This document shows, one piece after another, positions 10,401 through 21,025 of a DNA stretch of 64,000 nucleotides. The notes beneath the pieces are model-generated. The model saw nothing but the letters and a program-made list of their open reading frames with translations. It was not told where the DNA came from and did no database searches. The first letter of the stretch is position 1. The number at the start of each line of letters is the position of its first letter. Position numbers and translations under genes: made by a program. The DNA lies in assembly GCA_002305475.1 (NCBI GenBank), contig DBRB01000015.1, positions 72,987 to 136,986 on the forward strand, written 5' to 3'. This stretch comes from a candidate division WWE3 bacterium UBA1379 (GTDB lineage: Bacteria > Patescibacteriota > WWE3 > UBA101185 > UBA10185).

Positions 10401-12288
10401 ATGGTATTGGATATTTTGTAATCACAATATTATTCACCTTAGTTACATGAGGTTCAATACTTACAGGTAATGTTTTTATATAACTAAGCATTTCATCCTG
10501 AGCACCCGTGACATCTCTATAAGAATAGAAGAAGCTGCTTGGAATATCGGAGCTTATCAGTACAATATTTTTAACTCCATTTTTCTTTAAATCTTCATAA
10601 GTAGGCATAGAGAAATATCTAAGGTGCGTATAAATTTTTTGTGTCCCTAAGGTCTTTCCCATATATTTTTTCGGTATTCTAGGATCAAGTTTCCATGCCC
10701 ATTCTTGTTCCATGTAAGTATCATTAATATAGAAACCTATAAGTTCTTCCAATCCTGCAGTATAGTTCATAAGCACCGGAAATTCTCCTATAGCTTGGGC
10801 AATCTTTTCTGCATTGTAATTTCGTCCGTAAACCATTGTGCTTGCAATTTGTCCTTGAAGACTTAAGCTGAAGTACACAGCAATGCTTGGAAAAAAAGTG
10901 CATATCGATAATAAAAGAATAAAAATTCCTTGAGCATATTTTATCCGGATTAATATCCAAATCGGAGACAGAAACTGGTTTATGATATTGGGAAAAAGAA
11001 TTGCGAATAAACCCATTAAAAGAATGATATTAAGTCCTATTTTTATCATTAAATATCCTTCCTCGAATAAAAGACTCAGAATGACCATAATCGAAGTAAT
11101 AGTCAGAACAGATATTTTAAATCTGAAACTCATTCTCTCTTCATTTGTCAGATATAAATAAAATATGAATACAAAAGGCGCGATAGGAAATAGGTATCTT
11201 CCGTGTCCGCTCATTAACATAAATACCAATAGGTATGTCCAAAAAATCACTGAAAGGAAAGATAATTGGAATTCCTTTTCTTTTAACCAACGTCGGAACA
11301 TAAATATTGATGAAAAAAATGAAGGCACAATGATACCAAGTGGTATAGACGTGTAGCCAAAATTTCTCGGATATAATGTTTTTCCGAAATACAGGAGAAT
11401 AATGTTAACAGATTTTAGTATCAACCCTTTCGGGGAATTATCCTCTCTATCCACATAAAAAGTGGGGATTTTTCTTGAGTTTATTCCCATAAAGTTTCTG
11501 GTTGAAGAGTACGGATTAAAATTTCCCGTCAATGTATCGGCATGAATATCTTCTTCAGTCATTAAGAAAATATGTGCGTGGTAGATATTCAAAGGTATTA
11601 AACCGGTATACATCATTAGAATTAATGCAGCCAATGCCGGTGTGAAATTGAAAAGAAGAGTGGTGGTCATGTCTTTTAAAGTGTTAAGTGGTTTTATTCT
11701 AAGCCAGTTGGATGCTATTAATTTCGTAATAACAAACCAGATAAAATACCCTAATGCAATACTGTAATAAACATGTTCTTTTGCATCGAACATGAACAGG
11801 AATATTAATCCTACAACGATAGGAGTTTTCTTTCTGATAATTGCGTGAATGAGAAGAAGAACTGTAAATAGAACAGGAATTTCTCTTAAATAAGTAAAAT
11901 AGTTAAGAACAAAATGATAGGAAGATACAAGCAATAAAGTACCGAAGAAGGCTAATTTTTCCATTTTTAAATCTTCTTTTAGTATTTTGTAAAACAAAAC
12001 AAGAGATAATATTCCGAATATATAGGTTGAAATTGTAGCTACCGCAACCGAAGGCCCGGTAAAAATATAAAATATGGCAACCGGTACTTTTGACAGCACT
12101 CCGTGCAGGCTGACTCCATAATTTCCCGGCCATATACCTTTTTTAATTAACTCGGAAAGAAGTACCGTTTCCCGAAGATAATATGTTTCGTCACTGATTG
12201 GAGTTCGGAAAAACAGCATTACAAATGAAACTATCACCAATATTCCTATCAGATAACTTAATTCTGAATTATTTTTCAGATAGTGCAT
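10393..12288 (-). CDS. GT-C (ArnT/PMT-like) membrane glycosyltransferase
   Basis: SDETYY after first TM, many TMs, GRYLFP motif. Confidence 0.7.
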   Translation of the reverse strand: MHYLKNNSELSYLIGILVIVSFVMLFFRTPISDETYYLRETVLLSELIKKGIWPGNYGVSLHGVLSKVPVAIFYIFTGPSVAVATISTYIFGILSLVLFYKILKEDLKMEKLAFFGTLLLVSSYHFVLNYFTYLREIPVLFTVLLLIHAIIRKKTPIVVGLIFLFMFDAKEHVYYSIALGYFIWFVITKLIASNWLRIKPLNTLKDMTTTLLFNFTPALAALILMMYTGLIPLNIYHAHIFLMTEEDIHADTLTGNFNPYSSTRNFMGINSRKIPTFYVDREDNSPKGLILKSVNIILLYFGKTLYPRNFGYTSIPLGIIVPSFFSSIFMFRRWLKEKEFQLSFLSVIFWTYLLVFMLMSGHGRYLFPIAPFVFIFYLYLTNEERMSFRFKISVLTITSIMVILSLLFEEGYLMIKIGLNIILLMGLFAILFPNIINQFLSPIWILIRIKYAQGIFILLLSICTFFPSIAVYFSLSLQGQIASTMVYGRNYNAEKIAQAIGEFPVLMNYTAGLEELIGFYINDTYMEQEWAWKLDPRIPKKYMGKTLGTQKIYTHLRYFSMPTYEDLKKNGVKNIVLISSDIPSSFFYSYRDVTGAQDEMLSYIKTLPVSIEPHVTKVNNIVITKYPIPYD

Positions 12289-13502
12289 ATTATCCTTTGG
12301 TATTTTTCTGAAACTTTATTTATATCAAATTCTTCTTTTGCATAAATAATACTATCTTGTTTTATCTCCTGTAATTTATTGCTTGCTTTTAAGTCCATAA
12401 GGTATGTGATTTTGTCTGCCAGTTCATCTACATTTCCTTTTGAAAACGTAAATATACACTTATCTGTCTGGTCCGTATCATTAAATTGGGGCAGATCAGA
12501 AACCAGAACTGGGCATCCGCAGCTTAAAGCTTCCATCATCACAACTGGCCAGCCTTCACTGTAGGAAGGAAGTACCAGAAAATCAGAGACCGCCAGATAC
12601 TTGGGAAGATTATTATTTGGGACTAACCCCAAAAATCTCACATTATTAGTTATACAAAGATTTTCACATTTTTTTTGTGCAGTTTCTCTGAGTTGACCTT
12701 CGCCGGCAACAAAAAGGATGGTATCAGGATATTTTTCCAATACTTTTGGCATGCTATTAATAAGATCAAGGATACCTTTAGCCTGAATAATTGAGCCTAC
12801 AAAAATAATGATATTGCTATTCAGACTAAGATCCAGGGATTCTTTTAGATCTTCAATATTGTTTACCGGTTTAAAAACACTTCTGTCTACACCCATTGGA
12901 CATACCTCCACTAGTGCTTTATCGTGGAGTTTTAATATTTTCTTTTTAAGATAAGAATTTACAGTTGATACATAATTGCAATTTTTAAGAATTAATCTGT
13001 CCAGATACTCGAAAAAAGCCAGAGTTAATCTGTTTAAATCACTGCCGTGTATGGTAAGAATGACATTAACATTGGGATTAAAAATTTTTTTAAAAATGAT
13101 CGTACTTAATCCGGAAGGATAAAGCCAGTGTGGATTAATTACATCTATATGGTTTTCTTTAGTAAGTTTCTTTATGGCAAATATTTGAGAGATGAAAACT
13201 AAGGGGAGTATGGCAAATAAATAAGGTTTTTTTTGCAGGTTAGGAAGAATTCCGTCCCCATAGAATAAACCAAAATCCCCAAAAGGTGTAATGGGATTTC
13301 TATATACTTCTATTCCATCCCAATTTTCAATCTTTGCTAATCCCTTACTGTGAGGAGTAAGAACTAATACCCTATTATATTTAATCAACCCTTCAGCTAG
13401 TTTCATCACAAATCCGCCCATCATCTCATCTTTTTTATTAGATGCAGGAAAAGATGAAGTAATAATTAATACAGTTTTTCTATTTGATTTGGTATATGAC
13501 AT
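12276..13502 (-). CDS. GT4 glycosyltransferase
   Basis: TIHGSD, KG..L, PSYSEGWPVVMMEALSCG. Confidence 0.9.
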   Translation of the reverse strand: MSYTKSNRKTVLIITSSFPASNKKDEMMGGFVMKLAEGLIKYNRVLVLTPHSKGLAKIENWDGIEVYRNPITPFGDFGLFYGDGILPNLQKKPYLFAILPLVFISQIFAIKKLTKENHIDVINPHWLYPSGLSTIIFKKIFNPNVNVILTIHGSDLNRLTLAFFEYLDRLILKNCNYVSTVNSYLKKKILKLHDKALVEVCPMGVDRSVFKPVNNIEDLKESLDLSLNSNIIIFVGSIIQAKGILDLINSMPKVLEKYPDTILFVAGEGQLRETAQKKCENLCITNNVRFLGLVPNNNLPKYLAVSDFLVLPSYSEGWPVVMMEALSCGCPVLVSDLPQFNDTDQTDKCIFTFSKGNVDELADKITYLMDLKASNKLQEIKQDSIIYAKEEFDINKVSEKYQRIICTI

Positions 13503-14637
13503 AATCTCCCGCCGTATAAATTATATCTGTTCTTCTGCGGAGAAACTCAACCATTTTATTATTATAAGCATCATATTTTGTATTATGAAGAATATATTTT
13601 ATATTTATTCCCGGTGTTGGTGTTTTATCTATAGTATCGGAGTCAGGATTCATGACCACAATTTTGTTATTTTCCCAATAACATGTAACAGCACCCATCC
13701 AGTTGCCGAACCAACAGTATAATCCAGGTTTATCCGTATAGTAGTAAAACTCGGATAAGTTATTTACCACGAACCATTCATGAGAATTTGATGGCATATT
13801 ATTAATAAAGTCAAATATTGTCTTAGTCGGGTGATCCTTTAACTGTGATTCCTTGTCTTTATTTTCAGTGCTAATATTACCGGTTAAATAATTGTTATTT
13901 TCCTTATTAAGTACAATGAATGCTTTAAAAGAGTTTATCAGTACAAGAATTAAAATACTGACAAGGATTATAGATTTATATTTACGGATAAATACATTAG
14001 AAGTAATTTCATTTATAAGGTAAAAAATCAAGGCAAGAGTAATTGGTTGATTAGTCATTTGGTAGCGATAGTTATAGGGGTCTTTGAAAATCAGTATAAC
14101 TGAAACAATATAATATAGGAAAAACGCGATTTCCCATCTTTTACGTTTCCTGATTGTAACAATCCCATACAAGAGGAGAGGAATGGCTAACCAGTTCAGG
14201 TTACCTAAAAGTTTAAATCGGAAAAACTGACCCAAATTACCATTGAAAAACATTTTTCCATCTGTCTCTACATCTCTGTCTGTGCTGCTTAGGTCTGAGT
14301 AATACCCAAGTGATATTAAATTATCTTTAATCAGGATTTTTTGTTCCTCACTAACATTCGGATCGATATAAAGGTATTCCGGGTGCATAGGGTCCGGGTG
14401 GTAGTATTTTTTCAAAAGAGATATTTGCTGTTTAAATGCAGCATTATTTGGTGATTCTTCTGTTAAAGCGGAAACAGCAATATATTCTGGCAAGCTTAGT
14501 TCAGAGACATCTGTATTATTAATTATTGAATACACGTTAAATACAACAAGGTATGCTAAAAAAATGCATCCGATGATTGATATTCCGGTAATTACTTTAA
14601 ACTTTCCTGTATTAATTTCCATTGCAGTTTGAGCCAT
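13480..14637 (-). CDS. Membrane protein resembling C-terminal half of a GT-C enzyme
   Basis: TM helices, NYRY motif, C-terminal soluble domain; overlaps upstream ORF by 46 nt. Confidence 0.5.
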   Translation of the reverse strand: MAQTAMEINTGKFKVITGISIIGCIFLAYLVVFNVYSIINNTDVSELSLPEYIAVSALTEESPNNAAFKQQISLLKKYYHPDPMHPEYLYIDPNVSEEQKILIKDNLISLGYYSDLSSTDRDVETDGKMFFNGNLGQFFRFKLLGNLNWLAIPLLLYGIVTIRKRKRWEIAFFLYYIVSVILIFKDPYNYRYQMTNQPITLALIFYLINEITSNVFIRKYKSIILVSILILVLINSFKAFIVLNKENNNYLTGNISTENKDKESQLKDHPTKTIFDFINNMPSNSHEWFVVNNLSEFYYYTDKPGLYCWFGNWMGAVTCYWENNKIVVMNPDSDTIDKTPTPGINIKYILHNTKYDAYNNKMVEFLRRRTDIIYTAGDYVIYQIK

Positions 14638-15722
14638 GTGACCCAGACATCTCCAAAGAGGATATCAAATAAATAATGAACTGCTCCAAACACTAATATC
14701 AATATTCCGATGATTAAAAGATTAATGATTTTGTTTTTAATACTTTCTCTAGAAAACAACCCATAAAGAATAAATAATATTCCGGCTAAGGCAAAACCCA
14801 AAGAATGGGCATTTGCCATAAATCCCCCCGATATTCCGAAAAGTAGTACCAATAGTCTATTTGGTTTCTCAATTACCTGTAGAAGAAGACTTAGTGTTAT
14901 AACTAGGAAGGCTATCCTGTAAGTATCTAAGTGATAGTATAGTAATGAGGCACCGAAGGCTGGTGTGAGAACCAGAGCTGTAGCTGCAATAAAAGCAATT
15001 ACTTTATCTTTTTTCATTAACCAGTACAGCAGTTCCAGCACAATAATGATCCAGTACCACCCTGTTACACTGCGAAAGTAGTAATCTCCCTGACTACTGG
15101 TGATATCATTCCAGAATCTTTCCCAGGTCCCAAAAATTGGAAAGTTCATCCCGTGAAGACCAACAAAGTAGAATCCGGTCGTTGGATCAAACCTTTGATT
15201 TGAATAGTTAATCTGTTTTCGTTCAGATAATACCTTACCCCATGTCCCATATTCAAAGGTATCGTGTCTTATAATCGGAATTTTAACTACGATAATTTGC
15301 CAGGCAAGGAAAAATATTGTTAAAGCAGAAGCGATAAAGAGAAAAATTTTTGGTTCGGTCTTTTTCTTTTCCTGAAGGAAAGTTAGGGTACTATCCCTTA
15401 GTTTATGCAAATTTTTTCTTCCGATTATCAAAAGATAAGTAAACACAGCAAACACAACGGAAACATAAAAAAGAGATGATTGTTTAGGTATTAAGATAAG
15501 AAGGTAGTAAATAAGCAGACTACAGATAGAAGGAGCTATTGCTGCTGAGATTAGATAAAGTTGGGGTAAACTTAAGACTTTTTTCTTATCTAATGTATAT
15601 ATAAACAAAGCCACAATTCCCGTAAAAAGAACATTAATGATATACAGCAGTATTAGATATGATAGGAAGTTATAAAACATATATTTACTTTGGATTATAG
15701 AGCTTGGGTTGACTGTTAACAA
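14592..15722 (-). CDS. Membrane protein resembling N-terminal half of a GT-C enzyme
   Basis: Multiple TMs, HDTFEY acidic loop, HLD motif. Confidence 0.55.
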   Translation of the reverse strand: MLTVNPSSIIQSKYMFYNFLSYLILLYIINVLFTGIVALFIYTLDKKKVLSLPQLYLISAAIAPSICSLLIYYLLILIPKQSSLFYVSVVFAVFTYLLIIGRKNLHKLRDSTLTFLQEKKKTEPKIFLFIASALTIFFLAWQIIVVKIPIIRHDTFEYGTWGKVLSERKQINYSNQRFDPTTGFYFVGLHGMNFPIFGTWERFWNDITSSQGDYYFRSVTGWYWIIIVLELLYWLMKKDKVIAFIAATALVLTPAFGASLLYYHLDTYRIAFLVITLSLLLQVIEKPNRLLVLLFGISGGFMANAHSLGFALAGILFILYGLFSRESIKNKIINLLIIGILILVFGAVHYLFDILFGDVWVTWLKLQWKLIQESLK

Positions 15723-17685
15723 TTTTAATTACTTCGCTTATGTGTAATCCTACAGTATCACAGTACCATTTAATAGATTCCAAACGAGGTCTGCTTTCTT
15801 CTAACAGTAAATCGTAAGCTTTTGCTCTTGAAATCTGACCGTTTCTTATCTGATTGCTTCTAAAAGTATCAATTTCTGTAAACCCGCCCATTGTATAGTA
15901 AATATAGTTATAAAAGGAAGCGGTTCCGTCTCCGATTCTCCAGGTAGATTTTGTATCAGGTGAGGTTTCCCAATCATATTGTTCAATTAGTGTTTTATTT
16001 ATTTCTTCTTCGTCCCATTGGATGTAATCAAAAAACGAGTAGTAGTTGATTCTTGGTTCAATGTAGTAAGAAAAGTAGGCACCTATGGTATCTAGTAATG
16101 ATGTGTTTAAATATGCAGGGTTTATTAGGTATTGTTTTGAATAAAAATTTGCTAATTTAATTTTTTGTGAAAGGGTTAAATGATCAATTCTTTTCTTATT
16201 AAAATTCGGAGATATTCCGCAATAGCCTATCTTGAAATTGGTTTCTTCAAGTCTATTGCTCATCCACACATCCATTTTAATTCCCGTTCTTCTCTTTACT
16301 ACATTCACATAATAGAAAAACTGTTTATCTCCCGCCATAAATAATGGAACCGTACCCAGACTGGGTTTTTTCAACCAGGCAGTCACATTTTTTCTAATAT
16401 TTTCCCTCTTTCTTTGAATATCCGCAGAGATTAGGATATTTTCTATCCCCAGACTTCCGCACATTCTGGCAATATTACGTCTTGCAAGATCAGTAACCAT
16501 TCCCCAGTCATAAGTATACGTTACCGGGTTTAAACCAAGCTCTTTTTTTAAATAATGCAATCCATAACTTGAATCTCTTCCCCCACTAAAAGGAACAATG
16601 CAATCAGCTTGTCGGCTTGTACTTCTAAATTGTTCGGCAATTTCCATAAACTTATCTTTTCCTAATGGGGTAGGAACATTATATGATTCACAATAGTTGC
16701 ATACTCCCTCTTCATTAAAGGAAATAAATGGCATAGTTTCTGGGAGTAGACATTTAGAACACCTTCTTAGCTTTGCGATTGCTTCCTTATTTTTTTGATA
16801 TTCTTCTTCTTCAATTTTTTGAACGTCTGAAAAATCTTTATCATTTTGGGATCTGGTTGTCGGCAGTACTACATTTACCTTTAAACTTTCAACTTGTATC
16901 TGTCTTTCTTTTGTTTTGTTTTCAAATAAATCCTGAGTAGTTTCATTAAATGTAAAACATACTTCTCCATCTGTATCAATATTTACCAGTCTGCATGAAT
17001 AGGGGGATGTTTGTATAATTGGATCATCTTCTTTAAATAGTTTTGGAAATTTAATTTTTACTTGTTCCAGAAAATATTTTTCGGATGCGAATATTCTGAT
17101 ATCGTTGTTCGGGTTTATAAGTTCATATAAAGATCCATTGTTAGTAAGAAAGGCAATATGGTTTAAATCGGAAAAGAGGGAAATGATTGTATATGCACCT
17201 TTAAGTAATTTTACCGTTTCAAGTATTGCGTCTTTCAAGTTATGTTTTGTGCTAATAAAATTCCTTAATAAGGAATTGAATACCTCAGTATCAACCTGAT
17301 ACTCTCGTTTTAAATTAGGAAATTCCTCCCATAGTTTTGCATCATTAACAATTATCCCGTTATGAACCGAAGCAATTCCTTCTTTCACAACCGGTTGATT
17401 ATTGTAATCCACTGCAAAGGTTCCGTTTGTTTCCATTCTTGAGTGTCCGACTACAGCAAGTATTTTCTGGTCATGAGTAAACAAGTCATTATATTTTTTT
17501 GTCCGAATAAAATTGGAAGCTCGGATTGGACTTTTTATAATTTTTATATCTTTATCTGTGACTACAGCTATACCGGATGCATCCTTGCCCCTTGACTCTG
17601 AAAGCTTGATAATAATGTTTGAGATACTTTGTAGATCTTGGTTGTTTAACCTATTATTATGGATAATTCCGAACACACCGCACAT
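15685..17685 (-). CDS. Fusion: class II (Ntn) glutamine amidotransferase + WbpG-like N-acetyl-sugar amidotransferase
   Basis: N-terminal MCG, RG.D..G, GHSR, HNG, DTE; C-terminal CSKC...CNYC and SGGRDS PP-loop. Confidence 0.8.
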   Translation of the reverse strand: MCGVFGIIHNNRLNNQDLQSISNIIIKLSESRGKDASGIAVVTDKDIKIIKSPIRASNFIRTKKYNDLFTHDQKILAVVGHSRMETNGTFAVDYNNQPVVKEGIASVHNGIIVNDAKLWEEFPNLKREYQVDTEVFNSLLRNFISTKHNLKDAILETVKLLKGAYTIISLFSDLNHIAFLTNNGSLYELINPNNDIRIFASEKYFLEQVKIKFPKLFKEDDPIIQTSPYSCRLVNIDTDGEVCFTFNETTQDLFENKTKERQIQVESLKVNVVLPTTRSQNDKDFSDVQKIEEEEYQKNKEAIAKLRRCSKCLLPETMPFISFNEEGVCNYCESYNVPTPLGKDKFMEIAEQFRSTSRQADCIVPFSGGRDSSYGLHYLKKELGLNPVTYTYDWGMVTDLARRNIARMCGSLGIENILISADIQRKRENIRKNVTAWLKKPSLGTVPLFMAGDKQFFYYVNVVKRRTGIKMDVWMSNRLEETNFKIGYCGISPNFNKKRIDHLTLSQKIKLANFYSKQYLINPAYLNTSLLDTIGAYFSYYIEPRINYYSFFDYIQWDEEEINKTLIEQYDWETSPDTKSTWRIGDGTASFYNYIYYTMGGFTEIDTFRSNQIRNGQISRAKAYDLLLEESRPRLESIKWYCDTVGLHISEVIKIVNSQPKLYNPK

Positions 17686-17808
17686 AGTAAATGATTCTCA
17701 TAGATTATCATAAATTTAAATATATAGATATTTTTTAAAGTCTTGAACTAATTTAAGTTGCTTGTAATTCTCTTTACCCTATAATAGATTATATGATACT
17801 TTTAATAT

Positions 17809-18828
17809 ATGTCGCTTAACTTTGCATTAATCGGAGCAGGTGGATACATAGCTCCAAGACATCTTAAAGCAATTAAAGAAACGGGAAATAATTTGGTAGC
17901 TGCTGTTGATAAAAATGATTCAGTCGGTATTCTGGACAGCCATTTCCCTGAAGTTGAATTTTTTACTGATTTTGAAGCATTTGAAAAATTCGCTTGTAAA
18001 CTTAAGAGAAGCAATCCGGAAAAAGCAATTAATTATGTCAGTATTTGTACCCCCAACTATTTACATGAGGATCATATAATCTCTGCCTTAAGGCTTGGAG
18101 CTAATGTGATTTGTGAAAAACCCTTAGTATTAAACACAGAAAGCTTGGATAACCTTCAGGCAACAGAAATGGAACTGGGTATGGGTAAGGTAAATACTGT
18201 ATTGCAGCTTAGACTTCACCCCGTTCTCCAGCAGCTGAAAGATAGGATTAATAATGAAACCAGGGACCATCCTTATGATATAGATCTTACTTATATAACT
18301 CCGCGTGGAAAGTGGTATTACATCTCCTGGAAAGGGGATTCAAAAAAATCCGGCGGGGTGATGATGAATATTGGTATTCACTTTTTTGATATGCTTACAT
18401 GGATTTTCGGAGGTGTGAAAAGCCAGGCAACTTATTGTTTGAATGATACAAAAGCTTCAGGACACCTTGAACTGGAAAAAGCCAGAGTGCGCTGGTACCT
18501 GTCACTGGACAGAAATGATCTTCCAGAAACGTACAGGCAGAATAATAAAGCATACAGATCCATTACTATTGATGGAGAAGAATTATCTTTTACCGACGGA
18601 TTTACCGATTTACATACTGAGATATACAAAAAAGCCATCGCCGGTGATGGCTTTGGTATGGAATATGCCAGGCCATCCATAGAACTGGTGGAAATGATCA
18701 GAAACTCTTCTATTGCACCAATAAATTCAAAACTTGCTCATCCTATAATTCTAGGAAATCACTTTTCTTCACAGAAACAGGAAATTCCTGCCGCTGTCCC
18801 TATAGACGCTAAAGTTGAAGAAAAATAA
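17809..18828 (+). CDS. wbpB: Gfo/Idh/MocA oxidoreductase, WbpB/WlbA-like UDP-GlcNAcA 3-dehydrogenase
   Basis: FALIGAGGYIAPRH, CEKPL, VLQLRLHP, WKGD..KSGG...NIGIHFFD. Confidence 0.8.
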   Translation: MSLNFALIGAGGYIAPRHLKAIKETGNNLVAAVDKNDSVGILDSHFPEVEFFTDFEAFEKFACKLKRSNPEKAINYVSICTPNYLHEDHIISALRLGANVICEKPLVLNTESLDNLQATEMELGMGKVNTVLQLRLHPVLQQLKDRINNETRDHPYDIDLTYITPRGKWYYISWKGDSKKSGGVMMNIGIHFFDMLTWIFGGVKSQATYCLNDTKASGHLELEKARVRWYLSLDRNDLPETYRQNNKAYRSITIDGEELSFTDGFTDLHTEIYKKAIAGDGFGMEYARPSIELVEMIRNSSIAPINSKLAHPIILGNHFSSQKQEIPAAVPIDAKVEEK

Positions 18829-18830
18829 TC

Positions 18831-19925
18831 ATGCAAATACCCTTTGTGGATCTCAAAACACAATACAAAAATATTAAAAAAGATATTGATCAATCTTTAT
18901 TTGAAATCATTGAAAATGGCACGTTTATTTTAGGAAAACCGGTTGAAGAATTTGAAAAAAACATTTCTTCTTATTTAGATGCTTATTCTTTAGGGTGTGC
19001 ATCCGGCAGTGATGCTCTACTTTTGGCGTTGATGGCATCCGATATAAAAGAAGGGGATGAAGTAATAACCACTCCTTTTACTTTCTTTGCTACTGCCGGT
19101 GCTGTTGCACGGTTGGGAGCTGTACCTGTTTTTGTGGATATTGATGAAAAGACTTTTAATATTGATCCGGTAAAAGTTGAGCAAGCAGTAAGTGATAAGA
19201 CCAGAGCTATTATTCCTGTACATATTTTTGGTCAATCTGTGGATATGGATCCTGTATTAGAAATATGCGAAAGACGTAATCTGACTTTAATTGAGGATGC
19301 ATGTCAGGCGATAGGTGCAGAATATAAGGATAAAAAGGCAGGAACAATGGGTAGATTCGGATGTTTTTCTTTTTTCCCGACTAAAAACTTAGGCGGATTC
19401 GGCGATGGGGGGTTGATAACGTGCAAAAATGAAGAAGATTACAAATTACTTAAAAAATTACGTGTTCATGGTTCTGAAAAAAAGTATTTCCACGATGTAA
19501 TCGGAATAAACTCAAGACTGGATGCTATTCAGGCAGGTGTATTAAACATTAAACTGAAATATCTAGATGAGTGGAATACCAGGAGGGTTGAAATTGCTCA
19601 GAAATATTCTGAATCACTAAAAGATCTGGTTCAGACTCCTTATGTAATTAAAGACGCTGAACACATTTATCATCAGTATGCCATTTTAACTAAAGATAGA
19701 GACACCCTTTTAGCACATCTAAATCAAAATGGTATTTCCAGCGGAGTATATTATCCGCTTCCCTTACACCTTCAGAAATGTTTTGAATATCTAGGTTATA
19801 AGGAGGGGTATTTACCTGTTAGTGAAAAGGTATCTAAAGAAATTCTCAGCCTTCCGATATATCCGGAAATGACGGAGGCCCAGGTTGAATACATAATAAA
19901 CACGGTTCGCTCATTTTTCTCATAG
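18831..19925 (+). CDS. DegT/DnrJ/EryC1 PLP aminotransferase, WbpE-like
   Basis: EDACQAIG, SFFPTKNLGGFGDGG, NSRLD. Confidence 0.88.
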   Translation: MQIPFVDLKTQYKNIKKDIDQSLFEIIENGTFILGKPVEEFEKNISSYLDAYSLGCASGSDALLLALMASDIKEGDEVITTPFTFFATAGAVARLGAVPVFVDIDEKTFNIDPVKVEQAVSDKTRAIIPVHIFGQSVDMDPVLEICERRNLTLIEDACQAIGAEYKDKKAGTMGRFGCFSFFPTKNLGGFGDGGLITCKNEEDYKLLKKLRVHGSEKKYFHDVIGINSRLDAIQAGVLNIKLKYLDEWNTRRVEIAQKYSESLKDLVQTPYVIKDAEHIYHQYAILTKDRDTLLAHLNQNGISSGVYYPLPLHLQKCFEYLGYKEGYLPVSEKVSKEILSLPIYPEMTEAQVEYIINTVRSFFS

Positions 19926-19955
19926 TTACAAAAACACACAAATCCAAATATATAT

Positions 19956-19983
19956 TTGACACATTGAATGTTTTCTATAGAAT
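19956..19983 (+). promoter_or_regulatory. Candidate sigma70 promoter
   Basis: TTGACA-16 nt-TAGAAT upstream of the GT2 at 20044. Confidence 0.45.
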
Positions 19984-20043
19984 CAGGATAATAGGAATAC
20001 GCTCCTATTGTTTGAATATATATCGTGTATTTAATAAAAAAAT

Positions 20044-20988
20044 ATGTCTGAGAAAAAGAAACTGGTTTCAATCGTATCACCAGCCTATAACGAAGATGTA
20101 AATATACCCCTGATGGTAGAAGAGGTGAAAAAAAGCCTTTTACCTTTAAGTGATAAATATGATTTTGAATATATCATTGTCAATGATGGAAGTTGGGACA
20201 ATAGCTGGGAAGTGATTTGTGAGGAGAATAAAAAAGATTCCAGGGTAAAAGGAATAAATTTTTCAAGAAATTTCGGACACCAGATGGCCTTGACAGCCGG
20301 TTTGGATCGGGCAAAGGGAGATGTTGTAATATATTGCGATTCTGATTTACAGCAACCGCCTTCATTATTTCCAAAGATGTTAAAACTTTGGGAAGATGGG
20401 GTGAAAGTTGTACATACAAGACGGACTTTTACTGACGGAGAAGGCACATCTAAGAAATTATTATCCAAATTATTTTATAAATTCATAAATCTTTTATCTG
20501 ATACGGAAATAAAAGAAGGTTTTGCCGATTTTAAACTACTTGATAAAGAAGTGCTGGAAAAAGTTAAAAGTATGCGTGAGCATAACCGTTTCTTACGCGG
20601 TATGGTTCCCTGGCTGGGTTTTAAGTCTGCAATCCTGGAATACAAAGCGGGAAAGCGTCTACATGGAACACCCTGGTACAACTTCAGTAGAAATCTCGAG
20701 TTTGCAAAAACAGGCATTATGTCTTTTTCCATAAAACCGTTAAAATATATAGGATATTTTGGTGTATTTTTAACCATAGGATCTATAGCAATATTATTTT
20801 TAGGAGCTGTAATCAGTTTTATAAAAGGGGCATTGTATTTCTCACCCACATTTTATCTGCTGGTATTTAATACACTTTTAAACGGATTGATGATGAGTGC
20901 ACTAGGTATTGTGGCATTGTATATCAGTTATATTTATCAGGAGGTTATAAACAGGCCGTTGTATTTGATTTCCGATGTTGTTGAATAG
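20044..20988 (+). CDS. GtrB/ArnC-like polyprenol-phosphate glycosyltransferase (GT2)
   Basis: PAYNE, VNDGS, FSRNFGHQ.AL.AGL, DSDLQ, two C-terminal TMs. Confidence 0.9.
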   Translation: MSEKKKLVSIVSPAYNEDVNIPLMVEEVKKSLLPLSDKYDFEYIIVNDGSWDNSWEVICEENKKDSRVKGINFSRNFGHQMALTAGLDRAKGDVVIYCDSDLQQPPSLFPKMLKLWEDGVKVVHTRRTFTDGEGTSKKLLSKLFYKFINLLSDTEIKEGFADFKLLDKEVLEKVKSMREHNRFLRGMVPWLGFKSAILEYKAGKRLHGTPWYNFSRNLEFAKTGIMSFSIKPLKYIGYFGVFLTIGSIAILFLGAVISFIKGALYFSPTFYLLVFNTLLNGLMMSALGIVALYISYIYQEVINRPLYLISDVVE

Positions 20989-21025
20989 CACAGTCTTAAT
21001 CTACATAACCTCCTAAATACTTTAA

